64,000 nucleotides of DNA from Octopus sinensis (Eukaryota), in contig NC_042999.1 of NCBI RefSeq assembly GCF_006345805.1, forward strand, positions 94,054,001 through 94,118,000, written 5' to 3'. The position numbers and the translations under genes were made by a program. Shown here in pieces: positions 1 to 11,099 of this stretch. Numbering within the stretch: the stretch's first letter is position 1; the number at the start of each line of letters is the position of its first letter. The notes below the pieces were generated by a model, which was given only the letters and a program-made list of their open reading frames with translations, did not search any database and was not told the origin of the DNA.

Positions 1-1189
1 GTAGAAGTAACCGAGATCTCCGAACGGTGATGAATCTATTCAGAGCTGCGTAGAGTTTCTTTACCTTACGATGATGAGTTCAACTTCTTATTTGGTTGCA
101 TATTTGGGAGAATGTCGATTTTTTGCTTGATAAATTCACTAGTGAAATTGCATGACCTATAGTTAATTGTAGTCACATCTGTCCCGAATCACATCATGCT
201 GCTATAAATAAGAGGAAAATGAAATTCTATATTGCAGTATGGAAACTACAATGCATAAAAAAGTGCCTTTGATCATAGAACTGTTCAATCGACTGACACC
301 TATGTCTAGACTGCAACGTTTTCGATTGATTTCGTTTGAAATATAGAAATAAATAGCTTTTCTACAGAGACACAATCCTTTACCTTTCTAGCACTGTCTT
401 CTGTCCATTTTCTTTACAATTACTTCTAATAGTTTCTCAATCTTCACGTTTCGCACTTACTCATTCACCATCTTAATAACTTCAAAATTTACTGAAATAT
501 AATAATTCATCTGCGTGGTTGTATAAGGGCTATTATTTTAAACATTAGAGTAATGAGTAATAATTTGAATATAATTTAGTCGCTATACACAATATATTAT
601 ACTGTCACATATGTACAATTATTGTAATCTTCCATTAAAAATCAAATGGATACTAATTGTCAAAATAGAATTAACTTGGAAATTGTAATTAAATTGCAAA
701 AGCAACTTTCTCATTTCAATATTCATGAAAAGTATATACTATACCTATTAATAATACAGTGAAACATCGTAACCATCAAGTATAATTAATCACTTAAACA
801 TTTGTAATATTTTCAACAATATAAATAATTTGCTTTTATTTTGTGTCAAATTTATTTTAAAAAAAATATAGAAAATGAAGTTGATATTTCAACATTACCT
901 GCATTCACTCACTGTTAAAATATGCATTCCTAATATAACTACATATAACAGGTCTTATATAAATATGAGCGTATATAAATACATGCATCATATACACACA
1001 TACATATATGCATACACATATTACTTGCAAATTTGTAGCCTGTAAAATGTAATTCTTCGCATCAACTCGATACAAGAGCAAGTTTTAAAAGACATACATA
1101 CATACTGTTAAGATTTAAGTACCAGAAGCGTCGTATTCAGCAGTAATACATACACACACATACACACACACACATATATATATATATAT

Positions 1190-1500
1190 AATCGAATAAA
1201 TGAACCCCCGTGACTTATTCTTAAGCCTAGTACCTATTCTATAGTTTTCATCTCCAAGCTAATAAGTTACATGGACGTAAACATACCAACACCAGTTGTG
1301 TAGCAGTGACGGTGGACAATCACAGACAAGAAGATGCATACACACAAAGGCACAGACACACGCGCACACAAACAGACGCACGCATACAGGCACACACATA
1401 TAGGCGTGTTACTTTCAGTTTATGTCCATCAAATCCACTGGGACTGAAGCTGGGATCACGTGTTTGAAAAGCAAGCTTCTTACCACTTGGCCACGCCTGT
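1190..1500 (-). mobile_element. Degenerate tRNA-derived SINE, family 1
   Basis: Diverged match to the copy at 4871-5273 (gacttattcttaagcctagtac...; aagcaagcttcttaccac..gccacgcctgtgcct). Confidence 0.6.
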
Positions 1501-1503
1501 GCC

Positions 1504-1547
<44 letters not shown>

Positions 1548-1584
1548 CATGTTTTATTTTATGCATAAGTGTGAGTGTGCAACT

Positions 1585-1740
1585 TCAGTTGTAATCCAAC
1601 ATCATCAGCTTTAGATATTTCCACGTAGACTGCTGCCATTCGTCCTTGGCTGAGTGTGGACTTAGCAGTTTAGTGAAGAAACCTATAGAATAAGTACTAG
1701 GATTTTTAAAAAATGTCCTGGGGGTCGATTTATTCGTGTA
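1585..1740 (+). mobile_element. SINE family 1 remnant (3' half), opposite orientation
   Basis: cttagcagtttagtgaagaaacctatagaataagtactagg...gtcctgggggtcgatttattcg is the reverse complement of the family-1 body. Confidence 0.5.
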
Positions 1741-1774
1741 TATATATGTAATTATTCGACTACATATATATATG

Positions 1775-1806
<32 letters not shown>

Positions 1807-1952
1807 ATTATATATACAATATATATGTAGATATATATATACATACGCACACACACACATATATATATATCCTACTGTTAAAATTTAAGTACCAGAAACG
1901 TCGCATTCAGGATTAATACATGCATACCTACGTACATACATACATACATACA

Positions 1953-1985
<33 letters not shown>

Positions 1986-2013
1986 GCATATGAACGATGC
2001 TTTAGATACTCAC

Positions 2014-2100
2014 TTGTCTCAGCATTTTCCCCTCACCACCCGTGGTACCGAATGCAATGAACCGATGCATTTGCTGCATTTGATGCCTGTGATGCCTCAT
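2014..2100 (-). CDS. Candidate host coding exon, MRHHRHQMQQMHRFIAFGTTGGEGKMLRQ, unidentified
   Basis: ATG at 2100, 29 open codons, ends at a consensus donor CAA|GTGAGT (2013-2008, phase 0). Upstream 2100-2560 is CpG-richer than the window. No family recognised. Confidence 0.25.
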
Positions 2101-2949
2101 GCTGTATAGACTGTCGTGGAGGTGCCGCAATAAACCTGCCAATCCTGCTCAAAAATAATGAACGTATATGGTGTCGCTTTGATAACAATAAAACCATTTA
2201 ATCGAAACGCGGAGTTGATAAAACAGGGGACAACTGATGAAGGGAATTTTTTTTTCGCTGCCTGTCTCGTTTCTCTGTTTTTGTTTTTCTTTCGTTGTTC
2301 GAAAATGTTCGTTTTCGATGTTTTGTCTGTTATGTTCTCGTATCTCATTTTGTCTACGTTTTATTGATGTCCTATACCCATATATGCATGTTCCCTTTTT
2401 TGGACTTTTTCGATATATATCTATATGATTAGTTAACACACTTGTATCGTTGAAATGATCGGCGACTTCACTGTTCGTCTGACGAAAGATACCTTTGCGG
2501 ATGTAATTTGTTAATAACTCAAAAGATGATTGAGCTACAAAAAAGTGTCCCAAGCATTTCGTGATAGGATGAAGGCATGTGTTAACGTAGATGATGAGAT
2601 CTCATTACTCGTACTGCATCCATCGTTCCCTGAATATAAGACCTGAACATCTATATCTGCAGTATTTATGTTTATGTGTTTCAGATATAATCAAGCCATT
2701 CCATTCAATGTAATAGAGTTGCAGTCATCACGTGTGTATGTTTGTATGAATGACTGTGTATATATGTCATTATTCCGTTTTATTTCAAGATTTCTCGGTA
2801 GTAGAGAAAGAGCTGTTTTCTAACCTAGATGCAAGTCTTCAGGGTATTTTTTTATGTACGCATGTATGTTCACGTACAGATATGCATGTTTGTTCTATGC
2901 ATTTATTCTCATGCATATAGTTGCATGTCTAGGAATGCTCGTATGTATT

Positions 2950-3240
2950 TAAATGATAAACTTCTGGGAAGTTTTACTGATTTTTACCGTTCCAGTGATG
3001 GTAATGACATGGATCTGTAGTCTTCGAATCAGGCTTCTCATTTCTAGTTTTGAGAAGCCTAATCTCTCAGGACTGGTATTCAGACAGTGTGTTATATATC
3101 CCAGTGCCTCGATAACTACAGATATACCTGAACTTGTAATCTTTTTAGAGGTGCTATAAATTCCTCAATAGTTCAGTATAGGTATGTTCTACCGCTGGGT
3201 AGATGATTTCCACAAATGTACACAGTTTCTCTTCTCTATC
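2950..3240 (-). mobile_element. Non-LTR retrotransposon fragment, restriction-like endonuclease (RLE) C-terminus
   Basis: Frameshifted translation DREEKLCTFVEII...TYTELLRNL...DYKFR...VVIEALGYITHCLNTSPERLGFSKLEMRSLIRRLQIHVITITGTVKISKTSQKFII* resembles the end of R2-superfamily ORFs. Confidence 0.75.
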
Positions 3241-4189
3241 TCAAATTCCTATGTGAATTCTGTATGTATGTATGTATGTATGTATGTATGTATGTATGTA
3301 TGTATAGGTAAATACATATATTTACGTGTGTGTGTATACACACGCATACACGCACACAAACGCAAACGTTATACACACATATGTAGATGTTATAGAGTCA
3401 TATATGTCTATGGAACTTATATTGCTTTTATAGAAAGTATGCGTGTGTGTGTGTTTCTCTCTGTGTGTGTTGAGTGTGTATGTGTGTGTGTCTACGTGTC
3501 TAAATGTACTCGGCTTACATCATTCATCAAATATTTCTATATATTTCATTTTACGGACTTCTTTCTTGAAATCTTCATTTTATGAGACAATGAAATTTTT
3601 GCAGAAGACGCATTTTCATGACTACCATTAATGCTTGAGTTCTATTAAAATGTATTGCTTTTATGTGAAGTTATAGGTGGACGTATTTTAATCATTAACA
3701 TTCCAAAAATGTAATGAAATGAAGCTTGCGCGTCGCCTTGTAATTGTGTATAAATGCATTCTATAACATTAGTCTTCGTCTGTGATTAAGGATATTGGTG
3801 CACGTTTCACACATTTTGAGATTTCTTGAAATTTAAATAGAAAAGTTGTGCGTTGTTAAACTGATATGGCATCTACTCTAAGACAGTCAGTGGTAACAAT
3901 ATGAAAGTTTTACGTATCATAGAATACATTGCTGCAAGCATCTCTCATCTTTAGAGAATGACACCGTAAGAAATTATTGCATTCTCTTGAAGTAACTATG
4001 TTCACACACTTAGATCTGATTTCAAGTCTTTCAGTAAGGCATGCTCTTGTCAGCAGATATAAAATCTTAGAGGCAGTAAAAGAGTTCTGCCGAAATTTAT
4101 CTAATGAAATGTCTGCACAATTACAAAACATAGGTCATAGGAAGTAACTCGATCTGTTCAATACTGTGAATGGATATATGATACGGAAA

Positions 4190-4378
4190 AAGGCGGTGAG
4201 CGGGCAAACTGATTAACAGCATTTTTTTCCGTCTTTACATTCTGAGTTCATAATCCGCTGAGGTCAACTTTGCCTTTTATCCTTTCGGAGACGATAAAAA
4301 AATACCATTTGAGCACTAAGGTCAATGAAATCCACCACCCACACAATAATTGCTGGCTTCGCGCCGAAAATTGGAACC
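4190..4378 (+). mobile_element. tRNA-derived SINE, family 2
   Basis: aggcggtgagcgggca head; ttacattctgagttcataatccgctgaggtcaactttgccttttatcctttcgg (B-box-like plus body). Homologous to 7555-7760 and 9205-9400. Confidence 0.7.
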
Positions 4379-4870
4379 AATATTATGATTGGAGATAATT
4401 CAGTTAAGCAGATATTTGGTTATATACTGAACGTCGTATGATTTGTTTTTTGTTTTTTGTTTACACTTGTGAACGTATCTTGAGCTAAATAGTAACATTT
4501 TGGATTTCTTAAAGTAAAGGTGGAATAACTTCCAAATTTATCCTTTCACTAACCTCAAAATTATATTTTCTACATTTTCTGAATTAATATCGACTGTGCA
4601 TGTAGCTAAAGTGACAGCCAGAGACAGATCTCGACTTCCATAAACATCATCAGTAAACATAGTCACCTCTGTCTTGTTTATTATAGCGACCAGTGTCCGT
4701 TAGAGCCGGAATAGCATTAACAAGATATTTAACCATTATAAATTACAAAAACAATATTTTCATTATATGTGAGTATGTGTATGTGCATATATCCCTGTGC
4801 GTGTGTGTTCATGTGTCTGTAAATGTATACTTATAAAAATACACACACGCACACACATATATATATACTA

Positions 4871-5272
4871 TTTTACTCTTTTACTTGTTTCAGTCATTTG
4901 ACTGCGGCCATGCTGGAGCACCGCCTTTAATCGAGCAACTCGACCCCGGGACTTATTCTTTTGTTAGCCAAGTACTTATTCTATCGGTCTCTTTTGCCGA
5001 ACCGCTAAGTAACGGGGACATAAACACACCAACATCGGTTGTCAAGCAATGCTAGGGAGACAAACACAGACACACAAACACACATACGCATATATATATA
5101 TACATATATACGACGGGCTTCTTTCAGTTTCCGTCTACCAAATCCACTCACAAGGCTTTAGTCGGCCCGAGGCTATAGTAGAAAACACGTGCCCAAGGTC
5201 CACGCAGTGGGACTAAATCCGGAACCATGTGGTTGGTAAGCAAGCTACTTACCACACAGCCACTCCTACGCC

Positions 5273-5273
<1 letters not shown>
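4871..5273 (-). mobile_element. Full-length tRNA-derived SINE, family 1
   Basis: On - strand: aggcgtaggagtggctgtgtggtaag (A-box), ggttccggatttagtccc (B-box-like), internal (TG/TA)n, 3' end cagcatggccgcagtcaaatgactgaaacaagtaaaagagtaaaa. Highly similar to 60654-61048. Confidence 0.9.
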
Positions 5274-5363
<90 letters not shown>

Positions 5364-7554
5364 GTGTACACACAGACATACACGCTCAAACACATGCATG
5401 CACACACAGACACTCAGACAAACACTCTATTTCTCATGCATACACACACACACATACGCACATATATTTATAATCGTGGAATATTTTTCTGTTGTTGATA
5501 AATGAGGGTTACGAAATTGCTTGCGAAACAAGCTGCAAAGATGATTTGCCCTTAGTATTCAAATGTTTAGGCCGCACATTTAATTTATATATATACATGC
5601 TATCCTGATACTGAATGTAACACCATGACCATTAGGCTACGCATCCTCATATATTAGAATAAAATGTGTCGTATGAAATATTATATTCACAGCAAGATAT
5701 TTGATACATATATTGAATAATTTTCCCTAGATATACTTATGTGTGTTTGGGCGCACGCACGCGTGTATGCGTGCATGTGTGTGTGCGAGTTCGTCCATAT
5801 ATGTATGTAAACGCAGCGAGTGAAAATTAGAAATATGCTTTCCAAAATGTAAATGATGACTGAACTATACATTTATTCAGCTAGATATGCAGGCGAATCA
5901 AAAGTATTCGCATGCACTTGTATATAATTTATCGCACACGCGCGTACGCATGCACACACATACACACACACTGTACACATTCTATATGTGTATTTCTTCC
6001 TCTTACACACATAAAGAAGTTTACATGTAACTGTGTGTGCATGTAACTATTTTGTGTGTATGTAAGCATTTACGAAAAACCCGTATTGTTCGTGCCTTCG
6101 AACGACGTCCATATTCATATTTAATGTGCATTGTGTTACACAATCAGTCCCTTGTACTATTTCTGTTCCCATCAGAATGTCATGAACCAATGACTTTTAT
6201 TTGTAATGTTTTATCTAAAGATATACGATATAGAATAAAAATAAACATATAGCACATTGATTTAATCCAGACATGATATGACAAGATGTCAAATGCAGAT
6301 ATCAAAACGTCACTTAAGGAATCTGTATAAGAATTCTTGCAATAAAAATCCAATGTAAAATTATTGCCTGATATTTCTCATAGAATTATATTGAAATACA
6401 GTATAAGTGCTATTTTATTGTGTAATCTTTATGCATTTTCTGTGAGTATAATCACGTAGCTGCATTCAATTCGCAAGAACATTCTTTGAAAATCATTATA
6501 CTTTCGTTAAACTTTATTTGCTTGTTACATGCTCACTTGTATTTCAGTACTTGACATATGAAACATGCACAATAATAATCACAAACATTTTATGAATAAT
6601 AATCCTGATTATCATATTTTTTGTGAATTAATCGTAATCCAGGAGCCAGTATCTCATTTGTTGTTAAAATTGTCTCTTATATTGCATTTACTGGTTCATA
6701 CACGCATTCAATGATGTAGTCTTACATATATGCTGTTTAAAAAAGAAAAAAAATGTATATGTATATAAAGAAAACCTGAGTCATAACAGGTAAAATTCGC
6801 GTTTACATCTATTGCGTAAGGGTTGAACAGTATAAAATATATCTAGTCTTAAATCCACTCTTTTCTCCTATGGTTACTACTTTTTAAACTTAGATTGGCT
6901 TTCGTGGAGCAGAGATTTGATTATAAGTATTCCGGTTGTCATATCTTTCAGATATATTTTATCTAGAACTGCAGTATTGAGTGTCATCGCGTTTGAAGAA
7001 AAAATTGTATGATTTCATTAAAATATGTTGGAGCGTTCTAGTAAATCGAAGGGCTTCATAAAGCCTCTGATGAAATCAATTAATTTTAAAGGTGAAATTT
7101 TGGCGTTAAGACATATATTTTTGTGTTTGCTGCATTATTTGTATATTATCTGTAGTGTAAAATTTGATTCTGAAGTATTTTCCGAATATTTCTAGTTAAT
7201 TTTAACAATACCTTTCACCGTTGTGCAATGATAAAGCTATAATTTATGTCTAATATGCTAAAAATCCGACCTACACCACCCTTCCGAATGGCATCCCTGC
7301 AAGCAAAATGTTTGCCTCCTTGGCACAAGCATAATATTCAGGCAAGTACATTTTTGAAGAAAACAAATAGCAAGGCACCGAATACTGCATGTAGCAAGCC
7401 TGTTACTCATTTAATATTCCCGGACTTCCAACAAAACCTGTATGCAAATGAATAAATAATAATCCTTTCCACTATAGTCACAAAAACCGGAATTTTAGAG
7501 CAGAGATAAGTCGATTGCTTGAGTAATGATTGTTACATTAATAATAATAATGAT

Positions 7555-7760
7555 GGTTTCAATTTTTGGCTCAACGCTAGAGATTTCGAGTTGGAGATGA
7601 GTCGATTATATTGATCCCAGTCCTCAACTGGTACTTATTCTATGAACCTTAAAAGCCGAATCGATAGCATTTAAATTAAGAACGTAACGACGGACTTAAT
7701 ACCGTTAAACATTTTGTCTGGCTTGCTAACGATTTGTCTGTCATTCTAACGATTCTGCAG
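7555..7760 (-). mobile_element. SINE family 2 remnant
   Basis: gagtcgattatattgatcccagtcctcaactggtacttattctatgaacc...aagaacgtaacgacggacttaataccg is the reverse complement of the family-2 body. Confidence 0.65.
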
Positions 7761-7764
7761 CATT

Positions 7765-7766
<2 letters not shown>

Positions 7767-7818
<52 letters not shown>

Positions 7819-7845
7819 TAATAATAATAATAATAATAAATAGTA
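7767..7845. repeat. (AAT)n microsatellite
   Basis: Directly visible. Confidence 0.95.
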
Positions 7846-7859
7846 ATTAATAGTAATTC

Positions 7860-9095
7860 GGTGGCTCTTCGAAATTCCTAGAATTGTTAAATCTTCGGCA
7901 GATTCTGACTACATATCTTGCAAGCATCAACTATTTTATCAAAATAGGCAAATAATCATGAGTTATGGCATCGAACAGTCCCCAAATCGCAGGTCTGTTT
8001 GTTGTTCCTAACAAACACGCCAGCTTCAAATATTCTATGTGCATGCCAAAATTTTCTGTCCATTCCTTGAGTCTTCTCCTCATCGCTCCAAAGGTTCCAA
8101 TGACAATTGGTTTGATATCACTTTTTTTTCCAAATCTACAATCTGCTTTTCTCTTTCTTCGGGTTCTGTTATGTATCTACTTATTGATTTCTGTTCCTTT
8201 TATTCTTGTACCAATTATGCTGCAAGTCTGTTCTCACTTCTGAAGCACCAAGATATTTAGTCTGTTATGTTCTAAGACATGGTGCATTTGGATGAGAGCT
8301 TAATCTCATCATTCCCAGTCACTTTTTCTGGTGCATGCTCAAACAACATGTGTCCTGATGACAATCCATCCTCCTTTCACATTTCCAAGTGGACGATGTT
8401 TGCAAAATTAACTTCTGGGTGAGTTTGGAACATTCACTGTTGGTTACTCTCTCTTCTCGTTCATTGCACAGCCTGCGCAATGCCTATATATCAATTCCGC
8501 CATATAGTTTTACTATTTGTTCAGAGGGCTTGATCCTGAGCAGCCATCATTAATACGTCTGCCTTTGTTTCTAATGGTATCTAATCCCCAAATTCTCAAA
8601 TGCTTATATTCTTGACTTTCTAAACTGTTCATTACTTGATTATTGGTACTTTTAGTATTTGATTCTTTTCCCTCCTTTTCAGTATGAAAACAGAAAATTT
8701 TCTATACTTAATTCCATGGATATATCATTGTTGAAAATTCTGCTTTCACTTGTGTGCCAAGATGATCTTCGTTTTTCTCATATAGATTTAAATCCTCAAT
8801 GTATAGTAGGAGGTTAAGTACAACCACTTTAATTTTCCCAAATCATATCCTGCTTTAACATCACTGAGAATCATCGACAGTTAATGTCAGCACAAAAAAA
8901 GAGTTGTGAGACAATCTCCCACAAACATTGCTTTTCTGTCCTGCACATGTTAATTCTGCTTTCTAAGCTGTCATCCTTCTTATTAGCAACCTACGGAGAT
9001 TCTCTACCACTCCATAGATCTTGGCATATTTCTCTATCCAGGTAAGAGACACTATATCATAGGATTTTTTGTAATCCATCCACGCCAGTATTCAT
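7860..9095 (-). mobile_element. R4/Dong-type non-LTR retrotransposon, decayed, 5'-truncated
   Basis: RT motifs WMDYKKSYDIV, GDCLSQLFFVL, LNLLLYIEDLNLYEKN; then AAQDQAL, a CCHC-region remnant and an RLE end (PIVIGTFGAM...LACLLGTT). Confidence 0.85.
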
Positions 9096-9153
9096 GGTCG
9101 TGTTAATCACCCTCATCATCGTCGTCGTCATCATCATCATCACCGTCACCATC

Positions 9154-9204
<51 letters not shown>
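9094..9204. repeat. (CAT/CGT)n plus (AGT)n microsatellite
   Basis: Directly visible. Confidence 0.9.
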
Positions 9205-9205
<1 letters not shown>

Positions 9206-9400
9206 AAAACATTTGCGCGTCGAACAAAATGTGTAACAGTATTTGTCCGGATTTTTACGTTCTGATTTCACATTACGCTTACCTTGCCTTTTATACCCTC
9301 GTAGAAAAAAACAATCAAAGTACCAATGATGTACTAGGCACGATGTAATCTACTACCTCCTTCCCATCAAAATTACTTGTACTAAAATTTCTAAAATAGT
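9205..9400 (+). mobile_element. SINE family 2 remnant
   Basis: aaatgtgtaacagtatttgtccggatttttacgttctgatttcacatt...ccttgccttttataccctcg...aaagtaccaatgatgtactagg. Confidence 0.55.
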
Positions 9401-11099
9401 GTTTGTAGTAGCAGTAGCTAGCTTTGAATATTTCATGTTAGCTACTAGCCTTTCAAAAGATGTTGATTTTGTTTTCTGTATGTTCATATAATACAGAGTG
9501 TGACAGAAAACCATATTTTATGCGACCATTGATGTGATGCAATAAAGTTAATCAAGGTTTAAAGGTATCTTCTTATATGTAATGTTTTATGTTTTCTTTT
9601 CAGTTACCGGAATTTTGATACTGTTGTATTGCATCCGTTTGTTGCAACATTTGTCAGCCTGTAAAATGTATGATGTTTATTTGCAACCCTGAGTATGTGT
9701 GCCGTTTAATTCGTTTCTATTCATTTATTTGTTTATTTTAATGCCCTTATTGTATTTATATGTTTCCGCTTTTGAATTCGTGTGTCATTTGTGAAACTGT
9801 TACAGATTATGATTTAGCATTTCTTATATTTATTGTAAGATAATATGTTATAGTTGTATGTGGATGAAAATATTTAGCTTCTGTTGAGCAAAAGCTGTTA
9901 TGTGTTATAGGGTAAGTTAGTAATTTTTCATATGCTAACGCACACAAGGAGTTGAAAGACAAACGCTGCAGTTTCTACATCAAATGGTATGTTTTTAATC
10001 AGCAGACTCCAAGCAGCAAATTTTTAAAGCACTTATGCGTGGTGCATCTCAGAGGAACTGGAAAAATATGCCAAACTTCAAATATTTTAAATAGAGATTT
10101 CCAAATTACTATCATTGTTTTAAAAACAAACATTCGTTTTAACTAAAGAACAATAAAGCATCACATTGTTGATTATTTAATTACAATAATTATACTTGTT
10201 GTACGAGTAAACACAATGGAATTACTCTTCCTTCTCTATCCTTTGTTTTATTCATCTTAAATACATAAATTTCCATAAATCATCATAAACTTTACTAATT
10301 AAATTACATCATCACGTAATATTTTAGAATTATCTAGTACATTCCTACTCCATACCATATTCAATTTATAGTTTTATTCTTCACTTCATTCTTCATTTTA
10401 TTCTTCAAATTTCCTCTCACGCATTTTACCGCTACTAGGCAAACAGCCTTAAAAGCCCGATCTAAAATAACTTACTGTACTCTAAAATAAGTTTTTACTA
10501 CCCCCATTCGATGTGATCTCATTTGTCAATTGCATGCATTATTCATCTAGAGACTTCGTAATTCTATCGACATTTTAAACTTTAATTTTCCTAAATTACT
10601 ATTTGTTCTGTCATTTCTAATAGTGAACAAATACATCCATACAAGTTGTTCTCTTTTTATACATAATATTCTTGTATTGTTTTATTTTTAGTTATAGAAT
10701 TTTCTGATATTTTCAATTTTTAAAACTATTTTGCTTCTACCATTTACACCTTCACTGTAAAACACCTTACATAACAAGGTATATTGCAGAAGTTATCATA
10801 ATTTCTATCAATTCTTAACAACCAGTATGCGTTTTGTTCCCAAAGAAGCCCAATTTTTTTATTCATATAGACATCGATCTAACTGGTAAAACACTACTGC
10901 TTCAGAAGTAAGGCATTGGAAGTCAAAGGTGTACTGGAGAAATTTCAACTTCTAAAAGAGTTTTATGATCTATTATTGCATATTGTACAAGTTAACGTGT
11001 TCTTAGACAACTTGTGAATTATTAATGACGAGATTATGAAATATTTTTAAAGTAAATACATATATGCTTAATGTTGCGTAAGATCATATGCAGTAGGTT

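Noticed and set aside
64-200. Minus-strand segment with a good acceptor and a GTAAGG donor
   Set aside because: All three frames hit stops right after the acceptor; at best a non-coding exon, with no other support.
2591-2646. C/D-box snoRNA-like ATGATGA...CTGA...CTGA
   Set aside because: Too short, no C' box, no convincing terminal stem and no recognisable rRNA/snRNA antisense element.
3031-3060. 10-bp hairpin AGGCTTCTCA/TGAGAAGCCT
   Set aside because: It lies inside a decayed retrotransposon ORF; an isolated short stem is compatible with chance.
4560-4700. Minus-strand TMFTDD resembling an RT FADD motif
   Set aside because: No flanking RT motifs.
7050-7100. CTGATGA core (another at about 2234)
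   Set aside because: No stem II or properly placed GAAA; not a hammerhead.
9952-10146. ORF containing GTGKICQT, similar to an RLE C-terminus
   Set aside because: Similarity is limited to a few residues.
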